Assembly: GCA_965206695.1 (NCBI GenBank)
Contig: CBDBKM010000010.1
Span: forward strand, 128,001 to 192,000
DNA length: 64,000 nucleotides
Reading direction: 5' to 3'
DNA from: Chlamydiales bacterium
GTDB taxonomy: Bacteria; Chlamydiota; Chlamydiia; Chlamydiales; JAAZZY01
Positions 53,558 to 63,497 of this stretch are shown here, piece by piece; the stretch's first letter is position 1, and each line of letters begins with the position of its first letter. The position numbers were made by a program, and so were the translations under genes. Below the pieces are notes generated by a model. That model made no database searches, had not been told where the DNA came from, and was given only the letters and a program-made list of their open reading frames with translations.

Positions 53558-54761
53558 ATGTCCGAGAAGCTATCCATTAAAGATCTTGATATAGATGGCA
53601 AGACTGTAATTATGCGAGTAGATTTTAATATTCCGCAAGATAAAGATCTTAATATCACAGATGATACTAGAATTAAAAAGGCAATAGATTCCATTAAATA
53701 TATACTCGATAAAAATGGTGCGTTAATATTAATGAGCCATTTAGGGAGGCCGAAGGGTAAGAAAGAAGAAAGATATAGCTTATTGCCGTGTGCCAAACGT
53801 TTAGAAGAGTTGCTGCAAGTACCTGTTAAAATGGCTCCGGATTGCATTGGAGATGAGGTAAAAGAATTAGTGGATAACATAAAACCTCAAGAAATTGTAC
53901 TTTTAGAAAATTTAAGATTTCATGCAGCGGAAAGAAAAGCCTGATTCTGACTTTGCTAAACAATTAGCCGGTCTAGCGGATCTTTATGTTAATGAAGCTT
54001 TTGGTGCTGCTCATAGAAAACATTCTTCTACTTATACAATAGCCTCTTATTTTCCGGGAAAAGGGGCTTTAGGTTTTTTGATGGAAAAAGAAATTGCTTT
54101 TTTAGGAGAAGCATTTCAAAATCCGAAGCGTCCCTTTCATGCAATTATTGGTGGAGCTAAAGTCTCTTCTAAGATTGGTGCTTTAAAGGCTCTTATTGAT
54201 AAAGTCGATAGCCTTATGATTGCCGGAGCTATGGCCAATACATTCTTAAAGGTGAAAGGGTATTCCATTGGTAGTTCTCTTTACGAAAAGGATTATCTAA
54301 AATTGGCAGAAGAAATTATTGTATTAGTAAAAAAAAAAGGCATTGAATTACTTCTACCTATCGATGTTTGTGTAGCTCAAGAAATTGCGGATGACGCTAT
54401 TGCAAAATATATTTCAATAGATGTTGGCGTTGAAGCAGATTTTCAAGCTTTAGATATAGGCCCTATGACAATTGAGGCATGTAAAAAAATGCTTGATAAA
54501 GCACAAACAATTTTTTGGAATGGACCCGTTGGTGTAACTGAAATCCCTGTTTTTGCCAAAGGAACGATAGCAATTGCAAATATGTTAGCAAAATCTAAGG
54601 CGATTACTATTATTGGAGGAGGGGATTCAGTAGCTGCGATTAATTCTTTGAATTTAGCGGATCAAATAGATCATATTTCAACCGGAGGAGGTGCCTCTTT
54701 GGAATATATTGAAAAAGGGCAGCTTCCCGGCATCGAGGCTTTATCTCTAAAAAAAACCTAA
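53558..54761 (+). pseudogene. pgk: Phosphoglycerate kinase with a single +1 frameshift near 53932
   Basis: RVDFNIP, SHLGRP, LLENLRF, then AFGAAHR, GGAKVS, WNGPVG, GGGDS, STGGGASLE in the next frame. Confidence 0.85.
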
Positions 54762-55142
54762 CAATCAATTGTTTGAATTAAAAAATAACACTACTTATTT
54801 TTTTTAATAAGTCCTTGTATTGCTTTAATAGGTTCGAGATGCTAACCTTTTTCTTAAGGTTATTATGCAAAGTTAGTGCTAATAGCCCTTTTCTAAATGG
54901 GTAATTCATAACAGATATTTAGTGTTGAAGAGAGGCTGATTGAAATGAACATTTAATTTAAGTGTTCACGGTTTTTTTTTTAACTTTTTTTTTGGAGCTA
55001 CCTTTGTTAGCTGTGCTTTTGCAGAATTATTTCTGTCCTTCCTGCATAAATCGAGAAATTTGTTTTTCTAATCTCGGTAGTAGTATCGAGCAATCATTTT
55101 CATTTCATATTAAACACTCACTATTTCCTAAAAGGTTTTGCT

Positions 55143-56696
55143 ATGTTGCTTAAAAGTAAGAAAGTTGCGACTTACATTTGGCCGATAAAACGGTATGAAT
55201 TAAAAAAATTCATACCTATGCTTATTATCTTTTTCTTGATTGGTTTCATTTATAATATTTTAAAAAATACTAAGGATGCTTTAGTGATAACAGGTCAGGA
55301 TTCAGGCGCTGAAATTATTCCCTTTATTAAGGTCTGGTTGATGCTTCCCGGAGCCTTGTTGATGACATCGATTTTTTCTAAATTATCAAATCGATTCAGC
55401 ATGGAAAAAGTTTTTTATATCATGATCTCAATTTTTATCGTCTTCTTCGCCTTTTTTACATTTTTATTATATCCCCATGCAGAACGGTTACATTTACATA
55501 CTTTTGGCGATTTTTTACAGAATATCTTACCGACCGGATGTGCCGGGTTGATAGCGATGATTCGTTTTTGGTCTTATACTTTATTTTACGTCATGTCTGA
55601 ACTGTGGAGTTGTATTGTCTTGTCTATGCTATTTTGGGGATTTGCTAATGAAGTGACATCTGTAGGAGAAGCGACCAGGTTTTATGGGCTTTTTGGGATT
55701 GGAATGAATCTTTCTGCAATAGCAGCGGGTCAAATTTCGATATTATTATCGCGTTTCCATATGGCATCTGATGGGGGATCCTGGGAAACTACGCTAACTT
55801 TATTGACAATGGCTGTGATCGTTGTAGGCCTTTTGATTATGCTGATGTATCGTTGGATGATCGTTTATGTTCTACCTGATAAACGCTTCTACTCTCTTAA
55901 AGAAGATTCGAAACGAACAAAAGCTTCTTATAAGATGTCGCTAAGAAAAAACTTTAGCTACCTTGCGAAATCAAAATATCTTATCTCTATTGCTCTGATT
56001 GTTTTATCATATAGTCTTGTGATCAATTTCGTTGAAGTTTTATGGAAAGATCAAATAGGTCAGCTGTATCCCGACCCTAATGATTATAATATCTATATAA
56101 ATAAAGTAACGATGTGTACAGGGGTTATTGCGACACTAATAGCCTTCTTTTCTGCGACCATTATCAAAATATGTGGGTGGACAAAGACCGCTTTAATTGT
56201 TCCGGTCATTTTATTGACAACCAGTATAGTTTTCTTTTTTTGCTTCTTTTGCAATGACATGCTATACGCGGGTATTGTTTCAGCTCTAGGTATTACTCCA
56301 CTGGCTTTAGTTGTTTTATTTGGTTCAACACAAAATATTATGAGTAGGGCCATGAAATTTACTTTATTCGATGCGACGAAAGAACTCGCTTTTGTTCCTT
56401 TAGGCGATGAGTGTAAAAGAAAAGGAAAAGCAGCTATTGATGGAGTAGGATCTAGACTGGGCAAGTCCGGAAGCTCTTTGATTTTCCAGGGACTATTAAT
56501 GGGATGTAGTGGCTTGACTGCAACAGCACCAATTGTAGCCTGTCTTTTAGCTGTTATGATTGTTGTTTGGATAATATCTATTAAAGTATTAGGTAAGGAA
56601 TTCAATACTTTGGTGAAAGCTCAAGAAACGATGCATATAGAAGATGAGGAACCTTCCCTTACTAAAACATCTACTATTGATCCTCAGACAGCTTAA
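55143..56696 (+). CDS. Npt1/Npt2 (Tlc) nucleotide transporter, ATP/ADP translocase family
   Basis: ELKKFIPM, GAEIIPFIKVW, SELW..LFWGFAN, FDATKELAFVPL, KGKAAIDGVGSRLGKSG. Confidence 0.95.
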   Translation: MLLKSKKVATYIWPIKRYELKKFIPMLIIFFLIGFIYNILKNTKDALVITGQDSGAEIIPFIKVWLMLPGALLMTSIFSKLSNRFSMEKVFYIMISIFIVFFAFFTFLLYPHAERLHLHTFGDFLQNILPTGCAGLIAMIRFWSYTLFYVMSELWSCIVLSMLFWGFANEVTSVGEATRFYGLFGIGMNLSAIAAGQISILLSRFHMASDGGSWETTLTLLTMAVIVVGLLIMLMYRWMIVYVLPDKRFYSLKEDSKRTKASYKMSLRKNFSYLAKSKYLISIALIVLSYSLVINFVEVLWKDQIGQLYPDPNDYNIYINKVTMCTGVIATLIAFFSATIIKICGWTKTALIVPVILLTTSIVFFFCFFCNDMLYAGIVSALGITPLALVVLFGSTQNIMSRAMKFTLFDATKELAFVPLGDECKRKGKAAIDGVGSRLGKSGSSLIFQGLLMGCSGLTATAPIVACLLAVMIVVWIISIKVLGKEFNTLVKAQETMHIEDEEPSLTKTSTIDPQTA

Positions 56697-56872
56697 GATA
56701 AGCGCCTATATAAAACATAGGCACTTAGAATCTTCTATTTTTCGTATAATACTCCTATAAAAGAAGCTACGCTATCTTGTGGAATTCCCGTTTGAGCGTA
56801 GATATCTTCAGATATTTATTTTGAAGAACCTTCTCTCCACAGTTTACAATTGCTCAACTCAAATGCTACAGT

Positions 56873-57140
56873 ATGGACAAGATCGTATTATGCTTACTGA
56901 TGCCGGGAAACATCTTGTTGTGTATTACTTCATTTTTAGTCGTTGGGATTTTTAAAAAAAATCAATCGGAAAAAGGTTTTTAATATAGTCCGGGCCTTAT
57001 TGAGAGAGCGGAAGCGTTTATATTTTTTTTTGCGATGATCTTGGTGCCGAGCGCGTTTGTTTTCCTATCGATTACTTTTAGCTTTTTAGTCTTTTTGACA
57101 GCGATTATTAGAGTCTATCAATTTTATAAATTAACGCTTG
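56873..57140 (+). pseudogene. YnjF-like CDP-alcohol phosphatidyltransferase C-terminal remnant
   Basis: ILLCITSFLVVGIF..SEKGF*YSPGLIERAEAFIFFFAMIL..LTAIIR with an in-frame stop. Confidence 0.6.
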
Positions 57141-57143
57141 TTT

Positions 57144-58706
57144 TTAATAGTGATCGGGAGTCTTAGGCGTAAGCCCGTTATAATTGATGCATTTAAAGAT
57201 TAACGCTCCCTTAACTAAGGTACCATAGCTATAAAAAAGAGGAGCAATTCCCATAAATTCCACTTCATGGAAGTATGGCATGAGTTTTTCTTTGTGATGT
57301 TGAATACGAGCATCAATTTCTTTAAGAAACTCATCAGAATTTTGACTCCATACATAGTAACCCGTTTGACCGATCTTGTTGGGATTCATTCGGGGCCAAT
57401 AGGAGAATTGATTTTTTCTTTTCCCGTCTAGGTTTAAAAAATAAGCAAGCTCTTGACCGGGAGCATAAAAACTTAGAATACTACTCATTTGATAGCTGTC
57501 TGCAAATAAGAAGCTATTTTCTTTCTTATAACCGGCTTGGTTTAGTTCATGGGTTAAGTAGCTCCATCCTAAACTATGTCTAAATGGATTGATTTTATAA
57601 GGGATTTTCATACCGGTTAATAGGTTATTTTGTTGCAAAAAGGGTATGATCAAAAGTAAAAAAACCTGGATAATAGATAAGGTTAAGCCATAATTAATCC
57701 AACGAATTCCTTTTTTGAGATATTCTACAGCATACCAACCAAGAGCAATAACACCTGTAGGGTAAGCATATAAAGCCCAAGTGGGCTGCATCTTATTAAA
57801 AATCGATGAAATAAGGAAAAAAAACAGGATCAGAATACAGGTGCCGCCTGAAAATAGAATAGCCGGTTGCATCTGTTTGGCTTTTTTTATAATAAGAAAG
57901 AGAGCTAAGAGCAAAAGTATAAATAAAATAGGGGATAAAATAGCAAACTGTGCGCCAAAAAATTCCCAAAAATTCCCATGAAATAGGGGTTTCGATGATA
58001 CCCAACGGTGTCCACCGGTAGACTGGGTAAACACATGTTTAAAAGTCGCCCATTCATTGTTCAAATTCCAAATAAAACTTGGAATAAGTCCACAAAGGGA
58101 AATGATAAAACCCACAATAATACTAAAAAAGCGCATGTTAGAATAGAAAAACCAAGTTAGCAGAATTGGGATCCATAAAATATAAATAGGCCATTTAAAT
58201 AAGGCCCCTAAGAAAATTAAGAAACCAATTAAATAATAATTAGGTTTTTTACCGGCTGTTAATGCGTAACAAATAGGGCAACAGGTTAAAATCCAGAATA
58301 GAATAAGCCCACCATCTGTAGTGGCGGCAAAATTCCCCAGAAGTCCTATTGGAGAAAAAGTGAGAACAAGAGCGATAAAAAAAGCTGTGATTCTTTGTAG
58401 ACCCGAACAAAAAGCTAAATAATAGATAGCAAAAGCCGATAATATAGAAAAGATTACCGACATGAAACGAACACCTAATTCGGTATTGCCAAATATCTGA
58501 CATCCGATATAGATTTGCCAGGCAATCCCGGGGGGTTTGCTATAGTATCCCCAGTCTAAATATTGACTCCATGTCCAATATTGAGCTTCATCAGGGGCTA
58601 AATTAATGTATCCTATTGATATTTCAGATAGCGCCCAAACTGCTTTGAATAAAAGGAGGAGTGATAAAAAAAGTAAATCTTTTCGGCCTGAAAATAGTCT
58701 TTGCAT
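57144..58706 (-). CDS. ArnT/PMT-like GT-C glycosyltransferase
   Basis: LAPDEAQYWTWS..GYYSKPP..GVR; many TM helices; likely start MQRL. Confidence 0.88.
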   Translation of the reverse strand: MQRLFSGRKDLLFLSLLLLFKAVWALSEISIGYINLAPDEAQYWTWSQYLDWGYYSKPPGIAWQIYIGCQIFGNTELGVRFMSVIFSILSAFAIYYLAFCSGLQRITAFFIALVLTFSPIGLLGNFAATTDGGLILFWILTCCPICYALTAGKKPNYYLIGFLIFLGALFKWPIYILWIPILLTWFFYSNMRFFSIIVGFIISLCGLIPSFIWNLNNEWATFKHVFTQSTGGHRWVSSKPLFHGNFWEFFGAQFAILSPILFILLLLALFLIIKKAKQMQPAILFSGGTCILILFFFLISSIFNKMQPTWALYAYPTGVIALGWYAVEYLKKGIRWINYGLTLSIIQVFLLLIIPFLQQNNLLTGMKIPYKINPFRHSLGWSYLTHELNQAGYKKENSFLFADSYQMSSILSFYAPGQELAYFLNLDGKRKNQFSYWPRMNPNKIGQTGYYVWSQNSDEFLKEIDARIQHHKEKLMPYFHEVEFMGIAPLFYSYGTLVKGALIFKCINYNGLTPKTPDHY

Positions 58707-58711
58707 TAGCG

Positions 58712-58908
58712 TATATTCGTGTTGGAGGCTTATGATCTCGCCAAACATCGTGTTTGACTCACCGCTCTTTTCCTGCTTCTTCGCTGCTCCGTCTTTGCTA
58801 ACCCATATTGGGCGACGCTCAGGAATTATTTGCAACGCTACAGGCACTCTACCGCTCACGCAGCGGATCAGATTTAAAAATCAACCAAACTATAGCATAC
58901 GAAGCTAT
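58712..58908. repeat. GC-richer structured repeat element upstream of the glycosyltransferase
   Basis: 30-nt segment TTCGTGTTGGAGGCTTATGATCTCGCCAAA recurs inverted at ~31052-31081; internal hairpins (CCCATATTGGG; CCGCTCACGCAGCGG). Confidence 0.55.
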
Positions 58909-58970
58909 TTTAATAAAGGAAAAGATCGCATAGCCCAACTAAAATTAAATGCCTTTCAAACTCTCTGCCG

Positions 58971-59014
58971 TCGCAACCGAGTTTGGGGGTTGACTGCATC
59001 CGTGCAGTCTTCAT
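58971..59014. repeat. Hairpin repeat, copy 2 (see 13751-13795)
   Basis: TCGCAACCG...GACTGCATCCGTGCAGTCTTCAT. Confidence 0.75.
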
Positions 59015-59060
59015 AGATAATTTTTATGAGATTTCAGAATATGTTCGTTTATGAAATAAA

Positions 59061-59831
59061 TCAATCATCTCTGTCGTGAAAACTAAAAAAATCTCTTAAA
59101 GCTTGAAGCGATACATCTCTTCCTAAAGTAGCAATTGAATCAAGTAAAGGGATATTTTTAGGGCACACTCTTTCGCAATTTTGAGCATTTCCACAGTCAC
59201 TAATTCCGCCTTCTTCCATTATAGAATGTATCCTTTTATGCCTTTGCATTTTCCCTATAGGGTGTGCATTGAATAATCGGGCTTGTGATATAGGTGCAGG
59301 GCCCATAAATTTAGATCTATTACTGACTTGCGGACAAGATTCAGAACAACAGCCACAAGTCATACAAGTGGAAAGAGTATACATGATCTGTTGCTTTTCT
59401 TGACTAATTTTGGGAGCAACACCTCTTTCATAGGCACCATCGCTTTCAATCCAAGCGTTGACTTTTTTCAAATTATCAAACATCACACTACGGTCAACTA
59501 TTAAATCTCTGATTAAAGGAAACTTTGTAAAAGGGGCTAATATAATCGTAGTATTGTTGCTCTCTTTAATAAGACGTTTAATGATCCCCGTACAAGCTTG
59601 CCTGGGCTTTCCATTTACTAACATTGAACAGGAACCACAAACTTCTTCTAAACAACCGTCTTCCCAAACGATGGGCTCGACTCGTTTGCCTTTTGTGTTT
59701 ACCGGATTTTCACGGATTCTCATTAAAGAAGAGATGATATTTGCAAAAGGGGTGACTTCTAATTCAAATGATTCCCAATATTGGTTACCGGGATGGCCAC
59801 GATATATTTTTAAAATAAAGTTATTAACCAT
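59061..59831 (-). CDS. sdhB: Succinate dehydrogenase iron-sulfur subunit
   Basis: CLEEVCGSC, CMTCGCCSESCP, CGNAQNCERVCP. Confidence 0.95.
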   Translation of the reverse strand: MVNNFILKIYRGHPGNQYWESFELEVTPFANIISSLMRIRENPVNTKGKRVEPIVWEDGCLEEVCGSCSMLVNGKPRQACTGIIKRLIKESNNTTIILAPFTKFPLIRDLIVDRSVMFDNLKKVNAWIESDGAYERGVAPKISQEKQQIMYTLSTCMTCGCCSESCPQVSNRSKFMGPAPISQARLFNAHPIGKMQRHKRIHSIMEEGGISDCGNAQNCERVCPKNIPLLDSIATLGRDVSLQALRDFFSFHDRDD

Positions 59832-59841
59832 TGACTCCTCC

Positions 59842-61722
59842 TTAAAATGGCATATCAATATGATCAGGCACATTGGTTAAAGTCGGTAGGATTCTATTTG
59901 CGGTAGTATAATTACGCATAACAGGTTGCATATGTCTTAAATCGATAGGATTGTAAGTAATATCGGGTTCGCCTGTTTGCGGATTGTAAGTGGCAATAGT
60001 TTCTTTTAACCAATTTTTATCATCTCTTTCAGGGAATTCCGGTTTAAAGTGTGAGCCTCTAAATTCATCTCTTAATAAAGCTCCTTTTGTGATAACCAAA
60101 GCTAATTCTAACATAGGTCCGAAACGATTTGCCGCCATGTACGTTTGATTAGCAAACCGGCTTCTATCATGTATCCCAATTTGTTGATATCGCTCACGTA
60201 TTTCTTTTATTTTGTTCATTGTAGCTTGTAAGTCTTTATTGTTTCTTTTGACAGTAACGTTACGTACCATCCAATCAGCTAATTCGGTATGTAGCTGAAA
60301 CACATTTTCTTTACCGGTACGAGATAAAATTTCTTGTTTTAAGGCTTCCTCTTGTTGAAGAGCTTCATCAAAACAAGAGGTAGAGAGTTCTGTAGCTCTT
60401 TTATTTAGAGTACTAAGATATCCGGGGATTTCAACTCCGGCTACCAATCCACCATAAATACATGATAATAAAGAATTGGCTCCTAATCGGTTAGCTCCGT
60501 GGTATTGATACTCAGATTCGCCGGCTTGAAAACATCCCGGGATATTAGTCATCTGTCTAAAGCGTTCATGACGATCAGCGTCATCTATAGCAGGCCAATC
60601 TACCCATGCTCCGCCCATAGAATAATGAACACCGGGAAAGATTTTCATTGGTAATTTTCTGGGATCATCTCCGGTAAATTTTTCATAAATATCTAATACG
60701 GAATCTAATTTTTCTTTTGTTGCTATATCTAAGTGGCTAGCATCCAAAAATACTTGCATTTGCCCATCAATTCCCAGCCCAAGTTCGCAGACACGTAAGA
60801 CTGCTCGTGCTCCAATATCACGCGGAACAAGATTTCCAAAAGCCGGATACATTTCTTCAAGGAAATACCATGGTTTTCCTGTCTCGCCACAGGGGATTTC
60901 TTTTCCTTCAGGTGTTTCTATGGCTTTAGATGAATCGCCATATACCCAAATGCGCCCACCTTCTCCACGTACTGATTCAGAAATTAGGCGAAGCTTATCC
61001 TCTCCCGGAATAGAAGTAGGGTGAATTTGAATGAATTCACCATTAGCATACTGCATGCCTTGCATAAACAAACGACCATTTGCAGCACCTGTACAAAAAG
61101 TTGAGTTTGTAGATTTTTTAAAAATGAGACCCGGGCCACCGGTCGCGATTACAACAGCATCGGCTTTTAGTATTTCTAATTTGAGATTAAAGAGATTCAT
61201 AAGGACAATACCTCGAGCTCTCCTTTCTTCATCAATAATAAGCCGCATAAATTCATGATTTTCGAACTTTTCAACCAGATTTTTGGCTTCATAGCGTCTG
61301 ACTTGTTCATCTAATCCGTAAAGAAGTTGTTGGCCGGTAGAAGCACCGCAAAAAGCAGTTCGATGATATAGCGTTCCTCCAAACCGTCGAAAGTCAAGGT
61401 TTCCTTCAGGGGTGCGATTAAAAGGGACGCCAAACCGATCCATCATTTGTAAAATAGCGGGAGCTGTCAAACACATCTCCAAAATAGGTGGTTGGTGAGC
61501 TAAGAAGTCACCACCTTTCATCGTGTCATAAGCATGAACAATAGGAGAGTCTTTTTCTCCCATTGTATCAAGTGCGATATTAATTCCTCCTTGAGCACAA
61601 ACAGAATGAGAACGTTTCACTTTTGTGACAGAGATAAGTTTGACATGAACTCCTTTGTCTGCAAGTTTCATGGTAGCGGATAAGCCGGCTAATCCTCCCC
61701 CAACAACAATAACCGTATGCAT
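59842..61722 (-). CDS. sdhA: Succinate dehydrogenase flavoprotein subunit
   Basis: GGGLAG, RSHSVCAQGG, EFIQIHPT, HGANRLGANSL. Confidence 0.96.
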   Translation of the reverse strand: MHTVIVVGGGLAGLSATMKLADKGVHVKLISVTKVKRSHSVCAQGGINIALDTMGEKDSPIVHAYDTMKGGDFLAHQPPILEMCLTAPAILQMMDRFGVPFNRTPEGNLDFRRFGGTLYHRTAFCGASTGQQLLYGLDEQVRRYEAKNLVEKFENHEFMRLIIDEERRARGIVLMNLFNLKLEILKADAVVIATGGPGLIFKKSTNSTFCTGAANGRLFMQGMQYANGEFIQIHPTSIPGEDKLRLISESVRGEGGRIWVYGDSSKAIETPEGKEIPCGETGKPWYFLEEMYPAFGNLVPRDIGARAVLRVCELGLGIDGQMQVFLDASHLDIATKEKLDSVLDIYEKFTGDDPRKLPMKIFPGVHYSMGGAWVDWPAIDDADRHERFRQMTNIPGCFQAGESEYQYHGANRLGANSLLSCIYGGLVAGVEIPGYLSTLNKRATELSTSCFDEALQQEEALKQEILSRTGKENVFQLHTELADWMVRNVTVKRNNKDLQATMNKIKEIRERYQQIGIHDRSRFANQTYMAANRFGPMLELALVITKGALLRDEFRGSHFKPEFPERDDKNWLKETIATYNPQTGEPDITYNPIDLRHMQPVMRNYTTANRILPTLTNVPDHIDMPF

Positions 61723-61750
61723 ATTTGCTCACCTTAAACTAAATATCTAT

Positions 61751-61999
61751 CTATTCTTTTCCACAAAAAAGATTATAAAACCAACCAATTACTAATCCGG
61801 CGATCCAACCATCTATCAAGCCATAAATAAGACCTATAATACTGCCTAATACACTGATATGGAATCCGGGATATACACTACCGACTACTTCTAAGAAAAG
61901 AATTCCATAGCCAATCCCTACAGCTAATAGAGTTATGATAAAGAGAGATAACCCCCAGGTTACTCCTAATGCAAGGCCAAGTCGAACAGGTCGAATCAT
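61751..61999 (-). CDS. 82-aa Gly-rich membrane protein (putative-holin-like) inside the sdh operon
   Basis: LGLALGVTWG..SVYPGF..GSIIGLIYGLIDG..WFYN. Confidence 0.75.
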   Translation of the reverse strand: MIRPVRLGLALGVTWGLSLFIITLLAVGIGYGILFLEVVGSVYPGFHISVLGSIIGLIYGLIDGWIAGLVIGWFYNLFCGKE

Positions 62000-62020
62000 C
62001 GTTTTTTCTCCATATCATTT

Positions 62021-63010
62021 TTAAGATTTTAGGTTGAACCAATAAGTTCCCCATATAGCAACAAGTCCTAAGAGTGACATTATTATCATTAAAGCCCATG
62101 AAATTCCCAGCATAATTTTTTGAGAGCGTTTGGTTAAAGTGATACCCCAGGTAATGCAAAAGCTCCAAAGTCCGTTAAAGCCATGATAACAGGCTGTAAT
62201 TACCAATATGCTATATAAAGCGATCATCAGAGGATTTTTAAAAGTATCTCTCACAGTCAGAAGAACAGCAGAACCAAATTCTTTAGAAACAGCAATGACT
62301 TGATTTGACTGTAATGTTTTTTTCTCTAAGCCTTTGATGAATTCAGCCTTTAAGGCAGTTTGTTGCTTCCGGATTAGTTCGCTTGCCATACCTTCTTGAT
62401 AAACAGGATTAAAATGTTCAAGAGGAGATATCGAAGATGAAAAAGGCTTTGATTGTGATGATTCTAATTCAGATTTTGCTTTGAGTATAGTGCTCTTATC
62501 AAATAATTGTACATCCAATCGATTGGCTACCGTATATAAGCCTTTATCCATATCAAGGCGAATCATAAAGTAGTTTTTGTTTAGTCCTTCATGAACACTT
62601 ACAGGATAATCTACAAATCGCATTTGAATAACATGTAAAATAATGCCAATGAGTAATATCCATGAGGAGATCCTTTGCCAACTATAGGCTCTGTTACGAG
62701 AGTAAGATAACGCGGGAGCTTTACCACCACCCGGAAAAGAATTAAATTTACCGGTAAAAATATATCGAATTCCAAAAAGACCGTGAATTAAAATAGGGAT
62801 ACCCAACAAAACGATTTCGATTACAGGTAAATACGGGAGGTTATGAATACCATTAACAATTTTTACAAATTCATTCCCGGTGCCTCCAATAAAAAGAGCA
62901 GCTTGTGAATTAGTGACAAGATGTTCAATTAAATAAATAACAATCCAAAGTCCGAAAAAAGAATGTATTCTTCGGTTTATAAATGTTGTAGAGAGACTTG
63001 GAGTGCTCAT
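62021..63010 (-). CDS. sdhC: Succinate dehydrogenase cytochrome b558 subunit
   Basis: RRIHSFFG, EHLVTNS, WQRISSW..HV, YHGFNGLWSFCITWG. Confidence 0.93.
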   Translation of the reverse strand: MSTPSLSTTFINRRIHSFFGLWIVIYLIEHLVTNSQAALFIGGTGNEFVKIVNGIHNLPYLPVIEIVLLGIPILIHGLFGIRYIFTGKFNSFPGGGKAPALSYSRNRAYSWQRISSWILLIGIILHVIQMRFVDYPVSVHEGLNKNYFMIRLDMDKGLYTVANRLDVQLFDKSTILKAKSELESSQSKPFSSSISPLEHFNPVYQEGMASELIRKQQTALKAEFIKGLEKKTLQSNQVIAVSKEFGSAVLLTVRDTFKNPLMIALYSILVITACYHGFNGLWSFCITWGITLTKRSQKIMLGISWALMIIMSLLGLVAIWGTYWFNLKS

Positions 63011-63108
63011 ATTATTCAAACATAAATTTATACAATTTTTTTTTACATTAACAATATATCCGACTTTTGCCAAGTAAAACTTTTATGATAAGCAACAACT
63101 TAGAGCTT

Positions 63109-63393
63109 GATACGGACTCATTCTATGAGATCCACAAAAAAAGTGGAAAATAGAAGAGTACCATAAATCTATTAAGCAAAATGCAAGTCCGGCAAAATTG
63201 CTTACCAAGGTTGAGAGATTTCAAAAAAATCATATTTTTACATCTCTTGTTGCTTATGGCAAGGCGGAATTGTTAAAATTAAGATCGACTTAAATCATTT
63301 TGCTTTTCAATAGCAATTGTTAATCAAGGCAAATCAGGTAACTTTTTATGAACGGAAAAAATGATATGCTACTTGATTTTGCATAAGATGAGT
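63109..63393 (+). pseudogene. 3' remnant of the IS701-like element
   Basis: Diverged match to ~13437-13723, including the right IR TTTGCATAAGATGAGT. Confidence 0.8.
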
Positions 63394-63497
63394 TATTAAT
63401 CGGATGTTCTTGAAGTTTTACTTGGATATTATTTTATTTCCCGTGTATTATTCATAATTTATAAAATTAATTTAGTTTTTATTAATTAGGTATAATT

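Noticed and set aside
54770..55142. Long leader upstream of the nucleotide transporter as a riboswitch
   Set aside because: Only weak AT-rich hairpins; no riboswitch consensus recognised
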